This document shows positions 18,401 through 27,953 of a stretch of DNA of 64,000 nucleotides, piece after piece. The notes under the pieces are model-generated. The model worked only from the letters and a program-made list of their open reading frames with translations. It searched no databases and had not been told where the DNA came from. The DNA lies in the NCBI RefSeq assembly GCF_013004595.1, contig NZ_JABEMC010000011.1:1-64000 (forward strand), given 5' to 3'. The stretch comes from Brevibacterium luteolum. GTDB taxonomy: Bacteria > Actinomycetota > Actinomycetes > Actinomycetales > Brevibacteriaceae. The stretch's first letter is position 1; every line of letters starts with the position of its first letter. A program made the translations under genes and the position numbers.

Positions 18401-18548
18401 CTGTCCATCCCTCCTGCCACAGTTTTCCCGGGAGCGGGTGGACCATTCCCAGGGCGTCAAGGAACCTTGTACTGTGATCCTACCTGCTCATTTCCGTCAT
18501 CGGCAGCACTGCGGCCGTGGTGATGATGAGCTGACCTGAGGAGATGCC

Positions 18549-19517
18549 ATGGGCAGACGACAGCACTACGCAGCGTTCTACGAACTCGCCCCCGCACCGT
18601 GGGCAGACGACCGGCCGAAGGCGGTCGTGGTGGGCAACTGCCAGGCGGAGTCGATGCGCATCCTGCTGGAGTCCAGCGGGTGGCTCACCACCATGCGGAT
18701 CCCGCCGATCTTCGAATGGACCGAAGAGGACACCGCCCGGGCTCGGGCGCTCATCGAGGGCATCGATGTGCTCGTCATCCAGCCGGTGCACGCCGACTAC
18801 CGCGGCATGCCGTGCGGCACCGAACAGCTCGAAGCCCTCCTGCGCCCCGAAGCGGGCAGCGTGCGGATCCCCTCCCTGCGCTACAACGGGCTGCACCCGT
18901 ATCACGCGATCGTGCGCGACCCGCAGGATTCGAGCCTCGACCCGCCGGTGGTGCCGTATTCGGACCTGCGCACCATCATCGCCGCTGCCGCCGGCCGCGA
19001 CCCGGCAGATGCCGCCGCCTGGCTGGCCGGCGCGCCACCGCTGAGCCCGCAGGCCATCACCGCCGCGGCTGCGGAGTCGGTCTCCCAGCTGCGCCGCCGG
19101 CAGGACGCCCACGGCACCGTCGTCATGGATGACGTGCTCGCAGCCGCCCCGCACTGGCCGACGATCAACCACCCCGACACCGCTACCCTCATGACCCTGG
19201 CCGAACGCACGCTGCAGCGTGCCGCGGAGGTCACCGGCGCCGAGGAGGTGGTCACCCCTGTGCATCCGGGCCGGGAGCTGCTCGGCGGGCTGGAGGCACC
19301 GGTGCGGATGGAAGCGGCAGCGGTATTGGCTGCCGAACTGCGGCAAGGAGCCCGGGAGGACGCGTGGCAGTCCCGTGACTGGGATGCGCCGGTCAGCGAG
19401 GACCAGGTGGCTGCCGAGCAGGCGGTGTTCTGCCAGCGGCCTGGGTTCGTCGAGGCGGCGCTGGACCGCTGCCGGGAGCGCATCGAGATCCTCGGGCTTG
19501 ACGCCCTGCTGCCGTAG
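18549..19517 (+). CDS. WcbI-family polysaccharide biosynthesis putative acetyltransferase
   Basis: VVVGNCQAES, VIQPV, IPSLRYNGLHPY, VPYSDLR, TINHP; SD GAGGAG. Confidence 0.75.
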   Translation: MGRRQHYAAFYELAPAPWADDRPKAVVVGNCQAESMRILLESSGWLTTMRIPPIFEWTEEDTARARALIEGIDVLVIQPVHADYRGMPCGTEQLEALLRPEAGSVRIPSLRYNGLHPYHAIVRDPQDSSLDPPVVPYSDLRTIIAAAAGRDPADAAAWLAGAPPLSPQAITAAAAESVSQLRRRQDAHGTVVMDDVLAAAPHWPTINHPDTATLMTLAERTLQRAAEVTGAEEVVTPVHPGRELLGGLEAPVRMEAAAVLAAELRQGAREDAWQSRDWDAPVSEDQVAAEQAVFCQRPGFVEAALDRCRERIEILGLDALLP

Positions 19518-19527
19518 GCGCGCCGAG

Positions 19528-20118
19528 TCAATCGGCGTCGGTTGCGCGTTCAGCGCGGTCGAGATCGGCCGGGGTGTCGATGTCGATGAGCTCAGACTCG
19601 GTGGCGGGGATGAGGGTGACCTCCCGGCCGCGGTAGAGCGCCTTGACCGGCAGCCCGACAGCAGACCCCAGGCCGGCTACGGCATCCCGGAGCACCGCCT
19701 CGGGCCAGGCCGCACACAGAAACTGCACCCGCCCACTCGGGTCGACGGCTGCAGCCGGAGACGCGGCCGCGGCAGACTCGCGCAGCCGGTCGAGCAGTGA
19801 CGCGGTGATCGCCGGCATGTCACCGGCGAGCACCAGGATGACCCTCTCACCTGCCGGCAGCGCTGCAAGAGCGCAGCTGATGCCGTGCAGCGGCCCGCCG
19901 AACGCTGGCTCTTCTGCCACCACCTGCACCCGGGTGAGCGCGCTGGCATCGATGCCGGCAGCCGAGCCGCACACGATGATCTCGCCGACCCCGGCGGCCT
20001 CAACGGTGGCGAGGAGTGAGGCGATAACCGGTGTTCCGGCGATCTCGATGCCCGGGGTGTGTCGGCCGCTGAAGCGGCTCGAGCGCCCGCCGGTGAGGAT
20101 GATCGCCGCAGTGTCCAT
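19528..20118 (-). CDS. MobA-like NTP transferase (molybdenum cofactor guanylyltransferase family)
   Basis: IILTGGRSSRF, GGPL.G, AGDMP, DIDTPADL. Confidence 0.88.
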   Translation of the reverse strand: MDTAAIILTGGRSSRFSGRHTPGIEIAGTPVIASLLATVEAAGVGEIIVCGSAAGIDASALTRVQVVAEEPAFGGPLHGISCALAALPAGERVILVLAGDMPAITASLLDRLRESAAAASPAAAVDPSGRVQFLCAAWPEAVLRDAVAGLGSAVGLPVKALYRGREVTLIPATESELIDIDTPADLDRAERATDAD

Positions 20119-20471
20119 ACCGCTAGCCTACGGGCGCATCCCAGCCTGCGGCGAGAACCGCCTCGGGCGCGGACCGCCTGGCACGCCGGGAGCGCAGGAT
20201 GTCCACGCCCAGCTCGTCGCGGCGTTCACCTCAGCCGCGCCGATCGTGCTGACCTTCGCCGCTCTGGACCACCACCGGCCCTACGGCACACCTCGGCATC
20301 ATCGACGGCGCCTGCACTGAGTACCCCGGCCAGCGCTGCACATCTCACTTGGTCGGGCAGGGCGCTGCTTTTCGTCTTTCCGGGCATGAGGCTGCTGCGC
20401 TCCGACGGCCGTCACCTCGGCGACAGGATCGCCGACACCCAGGTGGTCCCGGTCGGGAGTACAATCGCGCC

Positions 20472-20756
20472 ATGAGTGAGGATCTGCCCGGCGGTGCCGT
20501 CCATCCGCTGCCTGAGGATCTGGGCGCAGAGCTCACCGCGCACGCCCAGGCGCGTGAGGCGTGGCTGGACATCACGACTCTGGCGCGCAACGAGTTCATC
20601 TGCTGGGTCGAAGACGCCAAGCAGGCCGCAACGCGTGAGCGCCGCATCCGGCGCACCCGCGAGGAGCTTGAGGATGGGATGCGCCGGCCGTGCTGCTGGC
20701 CCGGCTGCAAGCACCGCGAGCGCACCGGCAGGCCACCGGCCGCCCAGGGCAGCTGA
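20472..20756 (+). CDS. YdeI/OmpD-associated family protein
   Basis: LPEDL...WLDITTLARNEFICWVEDAKQ..TR.RRI...RPCCWPGC.HR; leaderless TACAAT-N6-ATG. Confidence 0.88.
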   Translation: MSEDLPGGAVHPLPEDLGAELTAHAQAREAWLDITTLARNEFICWVEDAKQAATRERRIRRTREELEDGMRRPCCWPGCKHRERTGRPPAAQGS

Positions 20757-20759
20757 ACC

Positions 20760-21461
20760 TCAGTCGTTCTCCTCGGTGGCGGCGATGACCCGGTAGACGC
20801 CGGGCAGTTCGGTCAGCTCTTCGACCAGCGTGCCGGACTTGAGATCCGGGCCAGGGGTGAAGCGCAGCGACGCCTGGATGATCGTGCCCTTCCGGCCGTG
20901 CAGGCGCTGCGTGTGGGTCAGGGCCGCCTCGTATCCCAGCTCCGAGGCGGTGGCGAGGATGTCGCGCAGCACACCGTGGCCGTCAGCGTAGCGGATCGTG
21001 ATGTAGCGCGAATGGCGCGGATCGCGCATCCGCTTGACTGCGAAGGTCACGACGAACACGGTCAGCAGGTACAGTCCGACCGTCAGCGCCGCAACAGCCG
21101 GCATGCCGGCACCGCAGGCCATCCCGACCGAGGCGGTCACCCAGATGCTGGCTGCGGTCGTGAGCCCGGAGACGCTGTTCTGGCGCACGAAGATGACACC
21201 GGCACCGAGGAAGCCGATGCCGGTGACGATCTGCGCGGCGATCCGGGCGGGATCGCGGGTGACGTCCTCAGCTGAGGCGAAGCCGTAGACCGACACGAGC
21301 GTGAAGAGGGCAGCGCCCAGGCCGACGAGGATGTGCGTGCGCGCTCCGGCGCTCTTGTGACGCAGCTCGCGTTCGACGCCGATGATCGCCGAGAGCACGA
21401 AGGCGGCCACCAGCAGCACGGCCTGGGTGCCCAGGTCGGCGGAAACGAGATCAATGTCCAC
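20760..21461 (-). CDS. MgtC/SapB family membrane protein
   Basis: IGVERE...AGARTH, DPARIAAQIVTGIGFLGAG, GLTTAASIW. Confidence 0.93.
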   Translation of the reverse strand: MDIDLVSADLGTQAVLLVAAFVLSAIIGVERELRHKSAGARTHILVGLGAALFTLVSVYGFASAEDVTRDPARIAAQIVTGIGFLGAGVIFVRQNSVSGLTTAASIWVTASVGMACGAGMPAVAALTVGLYLLTVFVVTFAVKRMRDPRHSRYITIRYADGHGVLRDILATASELGYEAALTHTQRLHGRKGTIIQASLRFTPGPDLKSGTLVEELTELPGVYRVIAATEEND

Positions 21462-21486
21462 GTCGGTGTCCTCACTCCCTGTTCTG

Positions 21487-22140
21487 TCAGCTGCCGTCGC
21501 CGAGGCGGTGGGCACCGGTGCCGGGGACGAGTCCGTTGCGTGCAGCGAAGGGGTCCCAGCCCGGGTCGGCATCGACGTCGAGTTCGACGAAGTCGCAGGC
21601 CTCACGGGCCTGCTCCGGGCTCGTAAGCGATGCGATGAGGGCAGCGGTCATGTCCATCCCGGCAGCCACACCCGAGGATGTCCAGCGGCTGCCGTCTTCG
21701 ACCCAGCGGGCGACCGGCTGCCAGTCGACATCGCTTCCGAAGCCCGTCGCCCACCGGTAGGCGCGCTTGTTCGTCGTCGCCCGGTGCCCATCGAGCAGGC
21801 CGGCCGCTGCCAGCAGCGCCGATCCGGTGCACACCGAAGCCACCACCTCGGCGTCGGCACAGTACTCCCGCAGCCAAGTGAGGAACCCCTCCTCGGTGAC
21901 GAGCCGGCGCGTGCCGAAGCCGCCGGGAACAAGTACGATATCGGCTGCCGGGGCTGCGGTGCAGGCGGTGTCGGGCACGATCCGGGTGCCCTGATGGCTG
22001 GCGACCGGCTCACCGGTGGGCCCGAGCATGACGATGGTGAAGTGATCGGGCAACACGCTGAGCAGCTCGACGGGCCCGAAGACATCGAGCACTTCGAACC
22101 CCTCGAACAGGACGACGGCGACAGTGCGGTTCTCCACCAT
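21487..22140 (-). CDS. DJ-1/PfpI family protein
   Basis: FEVLDVFGPVE, VPGGFG, SVCTGS, TSSGVAAGMD. Confidence 0.93.
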   Translation of the reverse strand: MVENRTVAVVLFEGFEVLDVFGPVELLSVLPDHFTIVMLGPTGEPVASHQGTRIVPDTACTAAPAADIVLVPGGFGTRRLVTEEGFLTWLREYCADAEVVASVCTGSALLAAAGLLDGHRATTNKRAYRWATGFGSDVDWQPVARWVEDGSRWTSSGVAAGMDMTAALIASLTSPEQAREACDFVELDVDADPGWDPFAARNGLVPGTGAHRLGDGS

Positions 22141-22202
22141 CCCAGTCTACGCAGGAGAACTCCGAAGCAGGTTCCGGTCGACTGAACCCGGGCAGCACAA
22201 GA

Positions 22203-22229
22203 GCGGAGCAGCATCGTCTGCTGCTCCGC
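22203..22229. terminator. Stem-loop downstream of the VWA gene
   Basis: GCGGAGCAGCA-tcgtc-TGCTGCTCCGC. Confidence 0.55.
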
Positions 22230-22284
22230 CCTCTCAGCGGGTCCAATGGATCACCTGCTCACCGGCACGTGATCACGCGTGTCA

Positions 22285-23775
22285 TCAGGCCCGATTGCGG
22301 CGGGTAAGCGCGACAGCTGCGGCACCCGTTGCGAGCAGTGCGAGTCCGAATCCGACGGACATACCGACCTCGGCGCCGGTGCGCGGCAGGTCGCGGTCGT
22401 CGTCGCGGCCCGAGCCATCTTCATCGCGGCCGTCGTCATCCTTGCCGTCGTCGTCACCGGGCTTGTCAGAGGGCTTGTCAGACGGCTCGTCCGAGGGCTC
22501 GTCCGAGGGCTGGTCGCTGGGCTGATCGGTCGGATCATCCGAAGGCGTGTCCGTCGGATCATCGCTCGGGTCGTCCGTCGGCTGCTCCGTCGGGTCATCG
22601 GTCGGGGTCTCCGTCGGATCATCCGTGGGATCCTCGGTCGGCTCCTCGGTGGGATCGTCGCCAGCCTTCGAGTTGACGACGGTGCAGGTGACGACCTGTT
22701 CGCGCTCGACTGTCAGGCTGAAGCCGGTCTCACCGGCGTTCTCAACCGGCACATCGACCGGCTCCTCACCGCTGGTCTCCCGGCACACAGCGTTCTTGCC
22801 GTCCTGCTGCAGCAGCGTGAAGTCGTCCTTGAGCGTTTCGGTGATCGTCGTGTCCACTGTCGGGTTGGAGACGAGATCCTCATAGGAGAAGTTCGCCACG
22901 CCGTTCTCATCGGTGGTGGCCTGCGCGGGGTCGGCGTTGGTGGCTGTGAAGTCCCAGCCTTCGGCCGGCTCCGGCTCAGCCTCGCCGATCTGCGTCTTCT
23001 TCAGCACCGTCACGCTGCCTTCGCAGGTGGCGGCAGCGATCTGCCGCAGACGCTCGCCGAGCTGGTTGTAGTCATCGGCGGAGAAGTAGTCGGAGTTCTC
23101 ATTCGGGCCTGAGATCTGCACGATGTTCTCGATCGTCGGCTCGCTGCCCACGGCGATGCCGACCATCTTCGTGCCTTCGCCCTTAACGCCGTTGGCCGAG
23201 GTGATGGCGGTGTCGAGGTCGATCTGGTCGAACCGGCTTCCGCGGTCGGTGCTGTCACCCTCACCGGGGGTGCCGTAGGCGGTCGGCTTGCCGTCGGTGA
23301 CGAAGAGCACGGCGTCGTAGCTCTTGCCCTGGGCCTGGGCGATGCCGCGGTCCCAGTTGGTGCCGCCGTCGCTTCTGGCGGGGCGTGTGAGTCCGTCGAT
23401 GCGGTCCTTGACGCCGGCGGCATTGCCGGATTCGGCGATGCTCGTGACCGGGATATCGGCGTTGTCGCCGGCCGGGGAGAAGGTGGCGAAGGTCTGCACG
23501 CCCACGGAGCTCGGAGTGCCGGTGAGGGTGTCGACGACGCCCTTGGCGGCTTCCTTGGACTTTTCGACATCGGCATCGGTCAGGGAGTTGGACAGGTCGA
23601 GCACGATGCCGAGGTTGAGGCCGCAGCGATCAGGCAGGGATGGGTTCGGAGCTGGTTCGATGGACTGCGCAGCAGCAGGGGAAGCTCCGATGAACGCCGT
23701 GGCGGCGACCAGGGATCCAGCCGCGGTTGCGGCCAAGAGGCTGCGGAAGCCACGTGAACGGGTGGGAGGCGTCAT
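22285..23775 (-). CDS. Cell-wall-anchored VWA-domain surface protein (LPXTG)
   Basis: Signal peptide, MIDAS DLSNS...GGTNW...TDG, Ig-like domain, P(T/S)DD repeats, LPRTG + TM + RRNR tail. Confidence 0.9.
   Translation of the reverse strand: MTPPTRSRGFRSLLAATAAGSLVAATAFIGASPAAAQSIEPAPNPSLPDRCGLNLGIVLDLSNSLTDADVEKSKEAAKGVVDTLTGTPSSVGVQTFATFSPAGDNADIPVTSIAESGNAAGVKDRIDGLTRPARSDGGTNWDRGIAQAQGKSYDAVLFVTDGKPTAYGTPGEGDSTDRGSRFDQIDLDTAITSANGVKGEGTKMVGIAVGSEPTIENIVQISGPNENSDYFSADDYNQLGERLRQIAAATCEGSVTVLKKTQIGEAEPEPAEGWDFTATNADPAQATTDENGVANFSYEDLVSNPTVDTTITETLKDDFTLLQQDGKNAVCRETSGEEPVDVPVENAGETGFSLTVEREQVVTCTVVNSKAGDDPTEEPTEDPTDDPTETPTDDPTEQPTDDPSDDPTDTPSDDPTDQPSDQPSDEPSDEPSDKPSDKPGDDDGKDDDGRDEDGSGRDDDRDLPRTGAEVGMSVGFGLALLATGAAAVALTRRNRA
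22470..22660 (-). repeat. Degenerate 12-bp tandem repeat encoding a P(T/S)(D/E)x linker
   Basis: PTEE-PTED-PTDD-PTET-PTDD-PTEQ-PTDD-PSDD... run in the translation. Confidence 0.85.
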
Positions 23776-23921
23776 GTTCTCTCACTCAGTTAGGTATATA
23801 TTCATACGGGACATGGTTCACGTTATACAGATGTCACTGTCAGGTCAATTACAGAGACGCCGTTTTCTCTGAATAACGTCTGTGTGCGCGTGGGGGCTGG
23901 CTCGTCACTAGACTGTTCGCC

Positions 23922-24773
23922 ATGAGTCCACAGACCCAGACGACCGGCACCGGTGAGACCCGAGCGCAGACGAAGCTGCACACCACGCAGATCGGCAGCG
24001 GCAGCGGTGACACCGAGAAGATCGTCTTCCTCCACGGCCTGTTCGGCCGCGGCAAGAACTTCACCTCGATCGCCAAGGGCCTCGAGCCCGAATGCACGAG
24101 CCTGCTCGTCGACCTGCCCAACCACGGGCAATCCCCGTGGACCGAAGAGTTCGACTACGTCGAGATGGCCGATGCCGTCGCCGAGGAGCTCGTCACCTTC
24201 GGTGCCGAGGAGTCGCCTGTCGGTGTGGTCGGGCATTCGATGGGCGGCAAAGTCGCGATGATGCTCGCCCTACGTCACCCCCAGCTGGTCGACCGCCTCG
24301 TCGTCGAGGACATCTCGCCGGTCAGCAGCGCAGACTCCTCACACGATGCCGGCAGCGGCTTCTCCCACCTGCTCAACACCCTGCGCGCCCTCGACCTCTC
24401 CACCGTCGACTCCCGCAGTGAGGCTGATGAGAAACTCGCCACAGACATCCCCGATGACCGTGTGCGCGGCTTCCTGCTGCAGAACCTGCGACCCGGTGAT
24501 GACGGCTACTACTGGGAGCCGAATCTCGACCTGCTGTGCCGCTCCCTGTCGAGAATCGGAGACTTCCCCGACACAGACGGCAGGACCTACGACCGGCTCG
24601 TCCTTTGGGCCGCCGGAGAGAAGTCCGACTACATCAAGCCGGAGTACACCCCGGCGATGCGCGCCCTGTTCCCGCGCATGCTCAAGATCACCATCAAGGG
24701 AGCCGGGCACTGGATCCACTCGGAGAAGCCCCAGGAGTTCCTCGCCGCGCTGCGGCGATTCTTCATCTCATAA
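23922..24773 (+). CDS. Alpha/beta hydrolase (YbfF-like esterase)
   Basis: HGLFG, DLPNHG.S, GHSMGGK, GHWIHSE. Confidence 0.92.
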   Translation: MSPQTQTTGTGETRAQTKLHTTQIGSGSGDTEKIVFLHGLFGRGKNFTSIAKGLEPECTSLLVDLPNHGQSPWTEEFDYVEMADAVAEELVTFGAEESPVGVVGHSMGGKVAMMLALRHPQLVDRLVVEDISPVSSADSSHDAGSGFSHLLNTLRALDLSTVDSRSEADEKLATDIPDDRVRGFLLQNLRPGDDGYYWEPNLDLLCRSLSRIGDFPDTDGRTYDRLVLWAAGEKSDYIKPEYTPAMRALFPRMLKITIKGAGHWIHSEKPQEFLAALRRFFIS

Positions 24774-24825
24774 GCGTCACCGCACGTGAGCCGCAGGGCG
24801 GTCGCGCGCTGGTAGTTTTGGTGTC

Positions 24826-26205
24826 ATGCATGATGACCAGCCCGGACACCCGGACCCCACGCGTTCCCCACATCCCCAGCCGCACACTGCCCCCGGCCCT
24901 GAGACCGGCCGCAGCCCAGACCACCACGCGGCGCCCATGGCACCGGCAGCTTCGGTCGGCCAGCCCACACCAGCCAGCGCTCCGTACGCCGCAGCGGATC
25001 TGCCCGCAGCTGACCCCTCGACCGCTCCCTCCGCCGCGGAGCGCGGTCAGACGCATTCGGAGTTCTACCGTTTGCCGAGCAACCGCTGGTGGAAGGGCGT
25101 CATCACGATCATCGCGCTGCTCATCACGATGCTGGTCGCCTCTTTCGTCTTCACCCTCATCGCCGGCATCATCGACCTGGCCACCGGTCAGCTCGATATC
25201 GAAGCGGCAATGGAGGGCGAGATCGGTATGTCGCCGCTCATGCTGCTGGCCACCAACCTCTCACTCATCGCACTCGCCGTCGTCGCGCTCATCTTCCACC
25301 GCTTCCTGTTCCGGCAGCGCATCGGCTTCCTCAATTCGGTGGTCGGACGGTTCCGCTGGACGTGGCTTCTGTGGAGCCTCATCCCCATCGGCATCGGCTT
25401 CGCCATCTACATCACACTGCTCGTCGTCAGCAGCGACTGGGATGCCTACGCCCCGCTGCCGGCCGGCATGACGATCTTCTACCTCGTCGTCGTCCTGCTC
25501 ACTACCCCGTTCCAGGCTGCAGCTGAGGAGTACGTCTTCCGCGGCGTCATCCAGCGCATCGCCGGCGCCTGGGTGCGCGGGCCCATCCCGTCGCTCATCC
25601 TCGGCACCGCCGTCAGCTCTGTGCTCTTCGCCGCAGCCCACATGGCCGGTGACCCGTGGCTGATCCTGTACTACTGGCTCTTCGGCGTCTTCCTCTCCCT
25701 CCTCGCCCACTACAGCGGCGGTCTGGAGGCACCGATCGTCATCCACGCGATCAACAACGTCGCCCTGTTCGTCACCGCGACCTTCAGCGGTGAGATCGCC
25801 CAGGAGATCGACCGCTCGGCCGGTGCCGGCGGGCCGTTCATGCTCATCCCGGTCGCTGCGATCCTCGTCGTCTCCGCCGCAGCGATCATCCTCGCCCGAG
25901 TGCGCAGCGTCCAGATGTACGGGGTGGCCGAGGAGATTCCGCGCCGCGGCGCCGCGACCACCGGAGCTCCGGTGCAGCAGTGGGGTGCCGAGGCGCCAGC
26001 CCCGCTGCCGTACGATCACTACGCGCGGGCCGATGCCGGACAGCCGCCCGCTCCCGAGGCGGCGCCGCCACAGCACTTCGGCACCGGCTGGCAGGACGGG
26101 AACGCCGGCCAGCCCGGACCCAGCCAGCCCGTCCCCGGGCAGACAGGTCAGCATCGTGGCCAGCAGCCAGGTCAGCAGCCGCCCGGCTGGCCGGACCAGC
26201 AGTGA
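24826..26205 (+). CDS. CPBP (Abi/CAAX) intramembrane glutamic endopeptidase
   Basis: QAAAEEYVFRG, FAAAH, HAINN motifs; multiple TM segments; Pro/Gln-rich termini. Confidence 0.9.
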   Translation: MHDDQPGHPDPTRSPHPQPHTAPGPETGRSPDHHAAPMAPAASVGQPTPASAPYAAADLPAADPSTAPSAAERGQTHSEFYRLPSNRWWKGVITIIALLITMLVASFVFTLIAGIIDLATGQLDIEAAMEGEIGMSPLMLLATNLSLIALAVVALIFHRFLFRQRIGFLNSVVGRFRWTWLLWSLIPIGIGFAIYITLLVVSSDWDAYAPLPAGMTIFYLVVVLLTTPFQAAAEEYVFRGVIQRIAGAWVRGPIPSLILGTAVSSVLFAAAHMAGDPWLILYYWLFGVFLSLLAHYSGGLEAPIVIHAINNVALFVTATFSGEIAQEIDRSAGAGGPFMLIPVAAILVVSAAAIILARVRSVQMYGVAEEIPRRGAATTGAPVQQWGAEAPAPLPYDHYARADAGQPPAPEAAPPQHFGTGWQDGNAGQPGPSQPVPGQTGQHRGQQPGQQPPGWPDQQ

Positions 26206-26211
26206 CAACGA

Positions 26212-26245
26212 CAGCGGCCGGGATTCGATCGGGTCCCGGCCGCTG
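26212..26245. terminator. Hairpin between convergent genes
   Basis: CAGCGGCCGGGA...TCCCGGCCGCTG. Confidence 0.7.
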
Positions 26246-26275
26246 CATTTCTCAACCGCTTTAAGCGGTCGATAA

Positions 26276-26860
26276 TCACTTCTTCTGCTTGGCTGCCTTC
26301 GCCGCGGCCTTGCGGGCCTTCTTGTTCTCCCGCACCTGCTGCAGCGTCTCATCATCGACGATGTCAGCAGCAGAGATGAGCGCGTCCTCATCCCCGTACT
26401 CACCGGCCGCCTCACGCCAGCCCTCAGCCTGCAGATCGAACTGCTTGCCCAAAAGCGATAAGAAGATCTTCGCCTTCTGATCGCCGAAGCCCGGCAGCTT
26501 CTTCAGCCGCTTGAGCACCTCGGCCCCATCCGGGTCGCCGGCAGTCCACAGCGCCTCGGTTTTGCCGTCGTAGTCGGCACAGATCGTGGCCGCGAGCTTC
26601 TGCACCCGCTCAGCCATCGACTTCGGGAACCGGTGGACGGCCGGCTTTTCCTTGAACGCCTCGAGGAACTCCTCGGGATCGGCCTCGGCCACCAGCTCGG
26701 GGGAGTAGCCGCCGAGGCGCTCGGCCAGTTTGGCCGGTCCGGCGAAAGCGGACTCCATGGTGACTTGTTGATCGAGGAGCATTCCAGTCAGCAGGGCGAA
26801 GGGATTCTCAGCCAGCAGCTTGTCAGCGGCCGGCTCGGTCGCCAGATACAGAGTCGTCAT
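26276..26860 (-). CDS. HhH-GPD-type base excision repair protein
   Basis: GMLLDQQ..ME.AF.GP, HRFP.SMA, LPGFG.QKAKIF. Confidence 0.92.
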   Translation of the reverse strand: MTTLYLATEPAADKLLAENPFALLTGMLLDQQVTMESAFAGPAKLAERLGGYSPELVAEADPEEFLEAFKEKPAVHRFPKSMAERVQKLAATICADYDGKTEALWTAGDPDGAEVLKRLKKLPGFGDQKAKIFLSLLGKQFDLQAEGWREAAGEYGDEDALISAADIVDDETLQQVRENKKARKAAAKAAKQKK

Positions 26861-26922
26861 GCCCCTATTGTGTCAGCACTGGACATTCCTGTGCCTGCGC
26901 CGATCCTGCTAGCGTCGGATCC

Positions 26923-27363
26923 ATGACAACGCATGCGTTCTCCCGCAGCAGCGGCGGTGCGACCTGCCCGTGCGGCGGCCTGCCGATAGGTGCAGCCTTC
27001 CGCGACTGCTGCCAGCCCGCCCTCAACCTGCAGACCTGGCCTGCCACCGCCGAGGCGCTCATGCGCTCGCGCTACTCCGCCTTCGCCACCGGCAACGGCG
27101 ACCACCTCTTCCGCACGTGGGATCCGCGCACTCGCCCAGCCGACACCACCCCGCCGGTCGCTGACTGGGTGCGCCTGGAGATCCTGCGCACCGAAGCCGG
27201 GGGAGAAGACGACACCGAGGGCATCGTCGAATTCCGCGCCCACTGCATCGAAGACCGCGAGAAGCACATCATCCACGAGGTCTCCACCTTCGCCAAGCGC
27301 GCCGGCCGCTGGGTCTACGTCGACGCCCTCGAAGCCTCCGGCCAGCCGGCGGGGTCGCGATGA
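26923..27363 (+). CDS. YchJ family (SEC-C + NTF2-like) protein
   Basis: CPCG...CCQP, TAEALMRSRYSAF, GIVEFRA, HEVS.F...WVYVD. Confidence 0.92.
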   Translation: MTTHAFSRSSGGATCPCGGLPIGAAFRDCCQPALNLQTWPATAEALMRSRYSAFATGNGDHLFRTWDPRTRPADTTPPVADWVRLEILRTEAGGEDDTEGIVEFRAHCIEDREKHIIHEVSTFAKRAGRWVYVDALEASGQPAGSR

Positions 27364-27899
27364 GCCAGCGCAGCGCGTTCTTTCTGCGCAGCATCAACGT
27401 CGGCGGACGCAACCGCGTGCCGATGTCCGAACTGCGCGCACTCGCCGGCCGCCTCGGCGCCGGAGACATCGCCACCCACCTGGCCAGCGGCAACCTCGTG
27501 TGCACCCCGCCCGAGGCGCCGGCCGCCTTCGCCGATCGCCTCACCGCGGCAGTCGAGGAGACGTACGGATTCGCAGTCCCGGTCGTCACCCGCACCGCAG
27601 CCGAACTCGCAGAGATCCTCGCCGACGATCCCTTCGCCGGGATCGCCGACAATCCCAGCACCGAACTCGTCTACCTCTTCGCCGCGCCCGTCGCCGAGTC
27701 CGGCCGCTGCGCGTTGCCGCTCACCGGCGGCGAACAGGCCGCCTGGGCAGACGATCACGTGCGAGTCTGGCACGATCGCGGCGTGCACGGCTCGAAGGTC
27801 TCCCACAGCCTGCTCGAACGCCGGCTGGGCTTCACCGTCACCGCCCGCAACGTCCGCACCCTGGCGGCCGTCTCGGCACTGTGCGACCGGGCGGAATAG
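27360..27899 (+). CDS. DUF1697 family protein
   Basis: LRSINVGGRNRVPMSEL, ASGNLV, TARN.RT. Confidence 0.9.
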   Translation: MSQRSAFFLRSINVGGRNRVPMSELRALAGRLGAGDIATHLASGNLVCTPPEAPAAFADRLTAAVEETYGFAVPVVTRTAAELAEILADDPFAGIADNPSTELVYLFAAPVAESGRCALPLTGGEQAAWADDHVRVWHDRGVHGSKVSHSLLERRLGFTVTARNVRTLAAVSALCDRAE

Positions 27900-27953
27900 G
27901 ATGGGCAGGCGTGCCGTTACGCACTCAAGAAGCCACACCCCTATGGAGGTTCA

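Noticed and set aside
20119..20470. Possible gene remnant between the MobA-like and YdeI-like genes
   Set aside because: No frame gave a recognisable motif by eye; it would need BLASTx.
22470..22660. Periodic repeats that could be taken for a CRISPR array
   Set aside because: Degenerate in-frame 12-bp coding repeats with no spacers and no cas genes.
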